A stretch of 64,000 bases of DNA, taken from NCBI GenBank assembly GCA_964016885.1, contig OZ024745.1, positions 7,068,001 through 7,132,000 of the forward strand, given 5' to 3'. The notes beneath the pieces were generated by a model. It did no database searches. It worked only from the letters and a program-made list of their open reading frames with translations, and was not told where the DNA came from. Source of the DNA: Eledone cirrhosa (lineage: Eukaryota). The position numbers and the translations under genes were made by a program. Positions 1-10,400 of the stretch are shown piece by piece (the stretch's first letter is position 1; each line of letters opens with the position of its first letter).

Positions 1-1
1 C

Positions 2-993
2 CTTTATCAGATCCTGCACCAGTTGCTGGTAGTTTTCAGCTCTGTAGTTGTCCAGGAAGCCCTTAACAACTGCCTTGAAACAGTTCCAAGCTGTTCTCTC
101 AATCCTATTGAGCTTATTGGAGAACTCGGTAGACTCAAACACCTTCTTTATCTGAGGTCAAACAAAAATTCCACCTTTGATTTTGGCCTCAGATAATTTG
201 GGGAAGAACTCAAGAAGGTACTTCAAAGCGGCTGATTCTTGGTTGAGAGCCTTCACAAACTGCTTCATCAACCCCAACTTAATGTGCAGTGGCGGCATGA
301 GCACAATCCTGGGATCAACCAGTGGCTCCCACATGACGTTCCGGGTCCCAACTACAAATTCTGTTCGTTGCTCCCAGTTCTTTCCTTTGTAGTGGTCAGA
401 GGTGGCTCTGCTGTCCCAAAGGCAGAGAAAGCATTGGAATTTGATAAAGCCTCCTTGGAGTCCAAGCAGGAAAGCTACCATCTTGAAGTCTCCAATGATT
501 TCCCAATTGTACTAGTTGTATTGCAGAGCTTCCAAGAGGACTTTCACACTGTAGTAATCTTCCTTCAGGCAGACTGAATGAGCTAGGGGCAGTGTCGGGA
601 ACTTGTTTCCATTGTGGAGGAGGACAGCCTTCAAACTTGTGGTGGAGTTGTCTATAAATAGCCGCCACTCCTTGGGCACAAACGGCACCCCCAATAACGT
701 CAAACAGTCCAGGCACGTCATGGCAGAAGCAGAGGCCATCCCTAAGAGTGTAAAAGCCTGAGAAAGGTTCGTGTCGACTTCTCTGACTTGTCACCTGCAC
801 ATCTCTCCTTTACCAAGTTCCACTGCTTCATCCTGGATACGAATAGCTCTGCATTGGACTTGGTCAGACCCATATCCCTGGCCAAGTCATTGACTTCTTT
901 TTGGTTTGGGAAGTGAGGAACTTTTTCTGGTACCTCAGGCAGGTAATCCAAGTCTTCAGCATCCATCTCCTCCTCATTATCAGAATACTTGTC
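2..993 (-). pseudogene. Decayed DDE DNA transposase, Chapaev3/CMC-like (Transib/RAG1-related fold); 5'-truncated and running off the left edge
   Basis: Joining three minus-strand frames gives one protein: PHFPNQKEVNDLARDMGLTKSNAELFVSRMKQWNL (742..1017 ORF), frameshift ~800-810, RHEPFSGFYTLRDGLCFCHDVPGLFDVIG, frameshift at the C-run 688-692, VPFVPKEWRLFIDNSTTSLKAVLLHNGN..LQYN*YNWEIIGDFKMVAFLLGLQGGFIKFQCFLCLWDSR..PPLHIKLGLMKQFVKAL..GIFV*PQIKK..AWNCFKAVVKGFLDNY..LVQDLIK. Stops are at 512-514 and 158-160. The motif order FID / GDxK / CxxC / LH matches the Transib/RAG1-type core. The family name is recalled from memory, not from a search. Confidence 0.8.
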
Positions 994-1040
994 TTGGAAA
1001 ATAAATTTGATATGCAATACAAAATAAATATTGGAAAAGG

Positions 1041-1100
1041 AAATACATATTTAAATAATACTAATGAAAATACATATTTAAATAATACTAATGAAAATAC
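1041..1100. repeat. 27-bp AT-rich tandem duplication (~2.2 copies)
   Basis: AAATACATATTTAAATAATACTAATGA occurs at 1041 and 1068, with a partial third copy ending at 1100. Confidence 0.9.
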
Positions 1101-1401
1101 GTGCTTAAAACAGAACTTACCCTTTATTCAGGGTGCGAAAATCCAGTATCAATAAATCTCTTTAATCCACTTTTTAACAATGTTATACTTTATTGCACTT
1201 TTATATTTTTCTTTAGGTATTACTCTTTATTTTATAATTTTAATTTAACCTGAAACATATATAAAAAAAACTCATTTAACATAAGCAAATTAAACTTACA
1301 TACAACGTAAAATCAGGCATACAAATAATTCTAGTGAATAGCTCAGAACTTTTACAAACCCAAACTTTTAACTGTTTAATAGCACTTTTTTATTTATTTT
1401 A

Positions 1402-1907
1402 TGTATTACATGGAGATCAACCAGGGTGGGGTGTCCTCCAGCAGTAGTGAGAAGGTCCTGGGTTGTATTAGATGGAGATCAACCAGGGTGGGGTGTCCTC
1501 CAGCAGTAGTGAGAAGGTCCTGGGTTGTATTAGATGGAGATCAACCAGGGTGGGGTGTCCTCCAGCAGTAGTGAGAAGGTCCTGAGTTGTATTATATGGA
1601 GATCAACCAGGGTGGGGTGTCCTCCAGCAGTAGTGAGAAGGTCCTGGGTTGTATTAGATGGAGATCAACCAGGGTGGGGTGTCCTCCAGCAGTAGTGAGA
1701 AGGTCCTGGGTTGTATTAGATGGAGATCAACCAGGGTGGGGTGTCCTCCAGCAGTAGTGAGAAGGTCCTGGGTTGTATTAGATGGAGATCAACCAGGGTG
1801 GGGTGTCCTCCAGCAGTAGTGAGAAGGTCCTGGGTTGTATTACATGGAGATCAACCAGGGTGGGGTGTCCTCCAGCAGTAGTGAGAAGGTCCTGGGTTGT
1901 ATTACAT
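1402..1907. repeat. 62-bp minisatellite, 8 near-identical copies
   Basis: Unit TGTATTA(C/G/T)ATGGAGATCAACCAGGGTGGGGTGTCCTCCAGCAGTAGTGAGAAGGTCCTGGGT. GGAGATC occurs at 1412, 1474, 1536, 1598, 1660, 1722, 1784 and 1846. Confidence 0.97.
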
Positions 1908-1916
1908 ATGTCATCA

Positions 1917-2047
1917 TACACACACACACACATCTATTCCTGTCTTTTTACCTCCTTTTTCTCCTTTTCTCATACACACACATGCTCTCACTCTCTCTCT
2001 CTCTCACACACACACATGCTCACATTATACACACATACACATACACC
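1917..2047. repeat. Compound (CA)n/(CT)n microsatellite
   Basis: Interrupted CA and CT runs are directly visible. Confidence 0.9.
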
Positions 2048-2449
2048 GTAGACTTCACATTAGATATAATACCTTTCACTATCCAACGAGGAGACCTGCT
2101 TGAAATGATACCCAACTCTTCCTAAATTCATACACAAGCCACCATTTTAAAGCCGAAGGGACTCATTAGAAACTGTAGTCCTAGAAAGAATATGTCTAAA
2201 CTATAGGATGGTGACGACTGGAAAATTTTCACTAAAAGTTTGATCGATTAGGGCTGATCTGATGCCAAACAATAACATCTTTATTTCTAGACTGATTCAC
2301 GTCAGAATAATTTGCCTTTCTACAACGTTTCAAATTCCACCTTAATTCCTCTTTTATTCATCTATTTCAATCCCAACATAAACACAGAAATCAGGAATTG
2401 TCGCCCTGTGTTAAACTTTGAGACTAAATAAGTTTCAGTGACCATCAGA

Positions 2450-2541
2450 TGTGATGCTAGGTTTGTAGATAATGTGGTTATGTGAATAGTTGTGATGCTA
2501 GGTTTGTAGATAATGTGGTTATGTGAATAGTTGTGATGCTA
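2450..2541. repeat. 41-bp perfect tandem duplication (~2.2 copies)
   Basis: TGTGATGCTAGGTTTGTAGATAATGTGGTTATGTGAATAGT occurs at 2450 and 2491, with a partial copy at 2532. Confidence 0.93.
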
Positions 2542-2759
2542 TGTTTTTTTAGGGTAAGTGTGTCACTGAAGAATGTAACAGATTTACAAGTTGAGAGGGG
2601 GATTGGGTGGTGTGTGCTTTGATAGAACAGAATTTGAGGTTGAGTGAAGGGTTGAGTGAATGCTTGTGGTTCTGAGTTTACAAACATTGAATGTAATTAA
2701 ATAAATGAGTGAATGATTGTGACTGAGTTTACTAAACATAAGGATGGGTTCGACTGAAT

Positions 2760-2940
2760 AGGGGTTGAGGGTTGACTATATGTGGGTAATTTAGGGAGTG
2801 GTTGGGGTTGAGGATTGAGTATATGTGGGTGAGTGGTTGGTGTGTGGGGGGGGGGGTGAGTATATGTGGGTGATTGGGTGAATGGTTGGGGTGGAGGGTG
2901 GAGTATATGTGGGTGATTGGGTGAGTGGTTGGGGTTGTGA
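2760..2940. repeat. Degenerate G/T-rich ~42-bp minisatellite (4 copies)
   Basis: TATATGTGGGT recurs at about 2778, 2820, 2861 and 2904, each followed by GGTTGGGG-like tracts. Confidence 0.75.
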
Positions 2941-3553
2941 GTTTGTAAATTTTGAGAATGTGTAAGTAATGAATTGAGTGGATGTGGCTTGGGGTGAGGG
3001 GACTTTGTAATTGAGTTGGTTTAGTCTCTAGGAAACCCAGAAACCCAGCGTTGCGATTGGTAGTTTTCACACTGGAATTGTAAGTTAAGCAAAATTATTA
3101 TGAAGAAGGATGGCCAAGTATTTCAAATGAGTTTATGAATCGTATAAAAGAGCAATATTTTATGTTGGTGTGTGTGAGATAAAGGAAAGAATTAAGTCTA
3201 AAATGGTTTTGTTGTTATCTTTGGATGTTGTTCCGTGCTATTTCTGTTTACGTCCAATGTCATATGTGATAATAAAATATTAACTTGTCCTTTGAGCTTA
3301 TATGATGAGAACGTTAGAAAGTGTTCCGACCAATTTACAGGATTCTACTGCTAGCATATAATGGAAATGTTCAGTTGACAATGAAACCATTCCATCGTAC
3401 CGTTCAGGTAGTAAACCGCTTATTCCTTTAATCCAAAGAAACCCGAGTGTGTTCACTTCTCGGCTCAGCTCCTCTCACATCTCGTCTTATCACTTCTTGT
3501 TCTCTTTCTTTTTCTTATTTTTTTCAGAATGGGATTTGTAGTTGTATGTTCTG

Positions 3554-3869
3554 TAGTGGTGGCGGTGGTGGTGATGTGGTAGTGGTGGTGTGGTGGTGGT
3601 GGTGTTAGTGATGGTGGTGGTGGTGGTTGTTGTGGTAGTGGTGGTGGTGTGATGGTGGTTGTGGTTGTGGTGGTGTGATGGTGATAGTGGTGATGGTGGT
3701 GGTGGTAGTGGTGGTGGTGTGATGGTGGTGGCGGTGGTGGTGTTGGTGGTGGTGTGATGGTGGTGGTGGTGGTGGTAGTGGTGGTGGTAGTGGTGGTGGT
3801 AGTGGTGGTGGTGTGATGGTGGTGGTGGTAGTGGTGGTGGTGTCATGGTGGTGGTGTCATGGTGGTGGT
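3554..3869. repeat. Imperfect (GGT)n trinucleotide microsatellite
   Basis: About 315 bp of GGT with interspersed AGT, GAT and TGT triplets. Confidence 0.95.
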
Positions 3870-3871
3870 CT

Positions 3872-4100
3872 TGTCGCGGTAGAATTGTTAGAGCGACTGA
3901 TAAAATATCATTGCCGTATTTGTTCTGATTCTTTACATTCTGAGTTCAAATCCTGCCAAGGTTCATTTTGTCTTTCATTCTTCGAGGCTAAATAAAGCCA
4001 AATACTTTGTCCTTCCTATCAAATTTGATGACCTTCTACCTACATTAGAAATCAATTACGTACCAGTAAAATATTGAGGTTGCAACATAACAATTACCCT
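3872..4100 (+). mobile_element. Degenerate tRNA-derived SINE copy 1 (octopus-SINE-like)
   Basis: A-box-like head CGGTAGAATTGTTAGAGCG at 3877, B box GTTCAAATCC at 3944-3953, and body CTTTACATTCTGAGTTCAAATCCTGCCAAGG..CTTTCATTCTTCGAGG..TACCAGT. It shares TTCTGAGTTCAAAT with copy 2. The resemblance to octopus SINEs is from memory and the ends are approximate. Confidence 0.72.
3944..3953 (+). promoter_or_regulatory. RNA Pol III B box (SINE internal promoter)
   Basis: GTTCAAATC fits GWTCRANNC and lies about 65 bp downstream of an A-box-like motif. Confidence 0.6.
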
Positions 4101-4159
4101 GTGAAGAATTGGTCTTAATTTTAACCAAATGAAATCTTCTATATTATATTAATTGCACT

Positions 4160-4477
4160 AAGGAGAGGGTAAGAGGGCAGGAACATTAACGCAGAACCTT
4201 CTGAGTTCAAATTCCAAAAAAGTAGACTTTACCTTTCACACGAGATCGAAACATATAAATACCACTTATCTACTGGGAATCCTCCTCTTCCTCTCCCTCC
4301 TTGTCTGGAAGATATTGTCTGTTCTGACCTGGTGAGAGAATGGGCTCGGTCAGGTTTAAAATGACGCGACCGCTCCCCTGCGACACCATCAACCGTTACA
4401 GATCCTTACGTACAATTACTGAATTGCAGCGAGTTTAATCGCTTTGTTTTTCCTTTCGAAATTTGTGGCATTGTACC
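4160..4477 (+). mobile_element. Degenerate SINE copy 2 of the same family, internally deleted between the A and B boxes, probably with a ~150-bp insertion
   Basis: GGCAGGAACATTAACGC head, then TTCTGAGTTCAAATTCC..GTAGACTTTACCTTTCA..AAATACCACTTATCTACTGGG (to 4277). A tail-like TTTAATCGC..CGAAATTTGTGGCATTGTACC lies at 4434-4477. Confidence 0.6.
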
Positions 4478-7400
4478 TGGTAGAGTGTTTATAACGTCAG
4501 ATAGAATGGTAGAGTGGTTATAACGTCAGGTAGGATGGTAGATTCGTTAGAAGGTCATATAGAATGGTAGAGTGGTTAGAAGGACAGAGAGAATGGTAGA
4601 GTGGTTAAAACGTCAGATAGAATGCTAAAGTGGTTAGAAGGTCAGATAGAATGGTTGAGTTGTTAGAACGTCAGATGGAATGGTAGAGGAGTTAGAACGT
4701 CATATAGAATGGTAGAGTGGTAGAACGTCAGATAGAATGGTAGAGTGGTTAGAAGGTCAGAGAGAATGGTAGAGTGGTTAAAACGTCAGATAGAATGCTA
4801 AAGTGGTTAGAAGGTCAGATAGAATGGTTGAGTTGTTAGAACGTCAGATGGAATGGTAGAGGAGTTAGAACGTCATATAGAATGGTAGAGTGGTTAGAAC
4901 GTCAGAGAGAATGGTAGACTGGTTAGAACGTCAGATAGAGTGGTAGAGTGGTTAGAACGCCAGATGAAATGGTAGAGTCGTTAGAACTTCAGATAGAATG
5001 GTAGTATTGTTAGAATGTCAGATAGAATGGTAGAGTGGTTATAACGTCAGATAGAATAGTAGAGTTGTTAGAACGTCAGATAGAATTGTAGAGTGGTTAT
5101 AACGTCAGATAGAATGGTAGAGTGGTTAGAAGGTCAGAGAGAATGGTAGAGTGGTTAAAACGTCAGATAGAATGCTAAAGTGGTTAGAAGGTCAGATAGA
5201 ATGGTTGAGTTGTTAGAACGTCAGATGGAATGGTAGAGGAGTTAGAACGTCATATACAATGGTAGAGTGGTTAGAAGGACAGAGAGAATGGTAGAGTGGT
5301 TAAAACGTCAGATAGAATGCTAAAGTGGTTAGAAGGTCAGATAGAATGGTTGAGTTGTTAGAACGTCAGATGGAATGGTAGAGGAGTTAGAACGTCATAT
5401 AGAATGGTAGAGTGGTAGAACGTCAGATAGAATGGTAGAGTGGTTAGAAGGTCAGAGAGAATGGTAGAGTGGTTAAAACGTCAGATAGAATGCTAAAGTG
5501 GTTAGAAGGTCAGATAGAATGGTTGAGTTGTTAGAACGTCAGATGGAATGGTAGAGGAGTTAGAACGTCATATAGAATGGTAGAGTGGTTAGAACGTCAG
5601 ATAGAATGGTAGACTGGTTAGAACGTCAGATAGAGTGGTAGAGTGGTTAGAACGCCAGATGAAATGGTAGAGTCGTTAGAACTTCAGATAGAATGGTAGT
5701 GTTGTTAGAATGTCAGATAGAATGGTAGATTGGATAGAATGTCATACATAGTGGTAGAGTGGTTAGAAGATCAGATAGAATGGTAGAGTCGTCAGAACGT
5801 CAGATAGAATGATAGAGTGGTTAGAACGTCAGATAGAATGGTAGAGTGGTTAGAACGTCGGATAAAATGGTAGAGTTGTTAGAACCTCGGATAAAATGGT
5901 AGAGTTGTTAGAACGTCAGATAGAACGGTAGAGTGGTTAGAACATCACATAGAATGGTAAAGTGGTTAGAAGGTCAGATAGAATGGTAGAGTGGCTTGAA
6001 CGTCAGATAGAATGGTAGAATGGTTAGAAGGTCAGATAGAATAGTAGAGAGGTTATAACGTCATATAGAATGGTAGAGTGGTTATAACGTTAGATAGAAT
6101 GGTAGAGTGGTTAGAGCGTCAGATAGAATGGTAGCCTCGTTGGAACGTCAGATAGAATGGTAGAGTGGTTATAACGTCAGATGGAAATGTAGAGTGGTTA
6201 GAACGTCAGATAGAAGGGTAGAGTGGTTAGAACGTCAGATAGAATGGTAGAGTCGTTAGAAGGTCAGCTAGAATGGTAGAGTGGTTAGAAGGTCAGATAG
6301 AATGGAGAGTGGTTAGAACGTCTGATAGAATGGTAGAGTGGTTAGAAAGTCAAATAGAATGGTAGAGTGGTAGAACGTCAGATAGAATGGTCCAGTGGTT
6401 AGAATTTCTGATAGAATGGTAGAGTGGTTAGAAAGTCAGATAGAATGGTAGAGTGGTTAGAACGTCAGATAGAATGGTAGAGTGGCTAGGACGTCAGACA
6501 GAGTGGTAGAGTGGTTATGAGGTCAGATAGAATGGTAGAGTCGTCAGAACGTCAGATAGAATGATAGAGTGGTTAGAACGTCAAATCGAGTGGTAGAGTC
6601 GTTAGAAGGTCAGATAGAATGGTAGAGTGGTTGGAACGTCAGATAGAATGGTAGAGTGGTTAGAACGTCAGATAGAATGGTAGAGTTGTTAGAACGTCAG
6701 ATACAATGGGGGAGTGGTTAGAACGTCAGATAGAATGGTAGAGTGGTTAGAAGGTCAGATAGAATGGTAGTGTTGTTAGAACGTCAGATAGAATGGTAGG
6801 GTGGCTAGAACGTCAGATAGAAATGTAGAGTGGTTAGAACGTCAGATAGAATGGTAGAGTGGTTAGAACGTCAGATAGAATGGTAGAGTGGTTAGAATGT
6901 CAGATAGAATGGTAGAGTTGTTAGAACGTCAGATAGAATAGTAGAGTGTTTATAACGTCAGATAGAATGGTAGAGTGGTTATAACGTCGGATAGAATGGT
7001 AGAGTTGTTAGAACGTCAGATAGAACGGTAAAGTGGTTAGAACATCAGATAGAATGGTAGAGTGGTTAGAAGCTCAGATAGAATGGTAGAGTGGTTTGAA
7101 CATCAGATAGAATGGTATGGTGGTTAGAAGGTCAGATAGAATGGTAGAGTTGTTAGAACGTCAGATAGAATAGTAGAGAGGTTATAACGTCATATAGAAT
7201 GGTAGAGTGGTTATAACGTCAGATAGAATGGTAGAGTTGTTAGAGCGTCAGATAGAATGGTAGAGTGGTTGGAACGTCAGATAGAATGGTAGATTCGTTA
7301 TAACGTCAGATAGAATGGTAGAGTGGTTAGAACGTCAGATAGAATGGTAGAGTCGTTAGAAGGTCAGATAAAATGGTTGCGTGGTTAGAAGGTCAGATAG

Positions 7401-10400
7401 AATGGAAAGTGGTTAGAACGTCAGATAGAGTGGTAGAGTGGTTAGAACGCCAGATGAAATGGTAGAGTCGTTAGAACTTCAGATAGAATGGTAGTGTTGT
7501 TAGAATGTCAGATAGAATGGTAGATTGGATAGAATGTCATACATAGTGGTAGAGTGGTTAGAAGATCAGATAGAATGGTAGAGTCGTCAGAACGTCAGAT
7601 AGAATGGTAGAGTGGTTAGAAGCTCAGATAGAATGGTAGAGTGGTTTGAACATCAGATAGAATGGTAGGGTGGTTAGAAGGTCAGATAGAATGGTAGAGT
7701 TGTTAGAACGTCTGATAGGATGGTAGAGTGGTTAGAAAGTCAGATAGAATGGTAGAGTGGTAGAACGTCAGATAGAATGGTAGAGTTGTTAGAACGTCTG
7801 ATAGAATGGTAGAGTGGTTAGAACGTCAGATAGAATAGTAGAGTGGTTAGAACGTCAGATAGAATGGTACAGTCGTTAGAACGTCAGATAGGATAGTAGA
7901 TTTGTAAGAACGTCAGATAGAGTGGTACAGCGGTTAGAACGTCAGATAGAATGGTAGACTGGTTAGAACGTCAGATAGAGTGGTAGAGTGGTTACAACGC
8001 CAGATGAAATGGTAGAGTCGTTAGAACTTCAGATAGAATGGTAGTGTTGTTAGAATGTCAGATAGAATGGTAGATTGGATAGAATGTCATACATAGTGGT
8101 AGAGTGGTTAGAAGATCAGATAGAATGGTAGAGTCGTCAGAACGTCAGATAGAATGATAGAGTGGTTAGAACGTCAGATAGAATGGTAGAGTGGTTAGAA
8201 CGTCGGATAAAATGGTAGAGTTGTTAGAACGTCGGATAAAATGGTAGAGTTGTTAGAACGTCAGATAGAACGGTAGAGTGGTTAGAACATCACATAGAAT
8301 GGTAAAGTGGTTAGAAGGTCAGATAGAATGGTAGAGTGGCTTGAACGTCAGATAGAATGGTAGAATGGTTAGAAGGTCAGATAGAATAGTAGAGAGGTTA
8401 TAACGTCATATAGAATGGTAGAGTGGTTATAACGTTAGATAGAATGGTAGAGTGGTTAGAGCGTCAGATAGAATGGTAGTGTCGTTGGAACGTCAGATAG
8501 AATGGTAGAGTGGTTATAACGTCAGATGGAAATGTAGAGTGGTTAGAACGTCAGATAGAAGGGTAGAGTGGTTAGAACGTCAGATAGAATGGTAGAGTCG
8601 TTAGAAGGTCAGCTAGAATGGTAGAGTGGTTAGAAGGTCAGATAGAATGGAGAGTGGTTAGAACGTCTGATAGAATGGTAGAGTGGTTAGAAAGTCAAAT
8701 AGAATGGTAGAGTGGTAGAACGTCAGATAGAATGGTCCAGTGGTTAGAATTTCTGATAGAATGGTAGAGTGGTTAGAAAGTCAGATAGAATGGTAGAGTG
8801 GTTAGAACGTCAGATAGAATGGTAGAGTGGCTAGGACGTCAGATAGAATGGTAGAGTGGTTAGAACGTCAGATAGAATGGTAGAGTAGTTAGAAGGTCAG
8901 ATAGAATGGTAGAGTGGTTAAGACGTCAGATAGAATGGTAAAGTGGTTAGAAGGTCAAATAGAATGGTAGAGTTGTTAGAACGTCAGATAGAATGGTAGA
9001 GTGGTTAGAACGTCAGATAAAATGGTAGACTGGTTAAAACGTCAGATAGAATGGTAGTGTGGTTAGACGGTCAGATAGAATGGTAGAGTGGTTAGAACGT
9101 CACATAGAATGGTAAAGTCGTTAGAACGTCAGATAGAATGGTAGAGGGGTTATAACGTCAGATAGAATGGTAGTGTTGTTAGAACGACAGAGAGAATTGT
9201 AGAGTGGTTATAACGTCAGATAGAATGGTAGAGTGGTTATAACGTCAGATAGAATGGTAGAGTTGTTAGAACGTCAGATAGAATGGTAGAGGGGTTATAA
9301 CGTCAGATAGAATGGTAGAGTGGTTAGAAAGACAGATAGAATGGTAGAGTGGTTAGAACGTCAGATAAAATGGTAGAGTGGTTAAAACGTCAGATAGAAT
9401 GGTAGTGTGGTTAGAAGGTCAGATAGAATGGTAGAGTGGTTAGAACATCACATAGAATGGTAAAGTCGTTAGAACGTCAGATAGAATGGTAGAGGGGTTA
9501 TAACGTCAGATAGGATGGTAGTGTTGTTAGAACGACAGAGAGAATTGTAGAGTGGTTATAACGTCAGATAGAATGGTAGAGTGGTTATAACGTCAGATAG
9601 AATGGTAGAGTTGTTAGAACGTCAGATAGAATGGTAGAGGGGTTATAACGTCAGATAGAATGGTAGAGTGGTTAGAAAGTCACATAGCATGGTAGAGTGG
9701 TTAGAACGTCTGATAGAATGGTACAGTCGTTAGAACGTCAGATAGGATAGTAGATTTGTTACAACGTCAGATAGTGTGGTACAGAGGATAGAAAGTCAGA
9801 TAGAATGGTAGAGTGGTTAGAACGTCAGATAGAGTGGTAGAGTGGTTAGAAAGTCAGATGAAATGGTAGTGTCGTTAGAAACTCAGATAAAATGGTAGAG
9901 TGGTTAAAACGTCAGATAGAATGGTAGTGTGGTTAGACGGTCAGATAGAATGGTAGAGTGGTTAAAACGTCACATAGAATGGTAAAGTCGTTAGAACGTC
10001 AGATAGAATGGTAGAGGTGTTATAACGTCAGATAGAATGGTAGAGGGGTGATAACGTCAGATAGAATTGTAGAGTGGTTATAACGTCAGATAGAATGGTA
10101 GAGTGCTTATAACGTCAGATAGAATAGTGAGTTTTTAGGAGGTCAGATAGAATCGTTGAGTTGTTAGAACATCAGATAGAATGGTAGAGTGGTTAGAACG
10201 TCAGATAGAATGGTAGAGTAGCTAGAAGGTCAGATAGAATGGTAGAGTGGTTAGAAGGTTAGATAGAAAGGTAGAGTGGTTAGAACGTCACATAGAATGG
10301 TAAAGTCGTTAGAACGCAGATAGAATGGTAGAGTTGTTATAACGTCAGATAGAATGGGAGAGTGGTTATAACGTCAGATAGAATGGTAGAGTCGTAAGAA

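Noticed and set aside
177-1155. Plus-strand ORFs 177-392, 239-577 and 901-1155
   Set aside because: They are antisense shadows of the transposase pseudogene or run through the AT-rich duplication.
1402-1907. CRISPR array or satellite hammerhead ribozyme
   Set aside because: There are no spacers, and no CUGANGA/GAAA hammerhead core on either strand.
2257-2450. 8-bp inverted repeat ATCTGATG/CATCAGAT as MITE ends
   Set aside because: Too short, no target-site duplication seen, and compatible with chance.
1782-3070. Short ORFs 1782-2125 (+), 2478-2687 (-) and 2732-3070 (-)
   Set aside because: Low-complexity products of mini- and microsatellites with no recognisable domain.
3490-3995. His/Thr/Pro-rich and poly-Val ORFs
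   Set aside because: These are translations of the (GGT)n microsatellite and the adjacent SINE.
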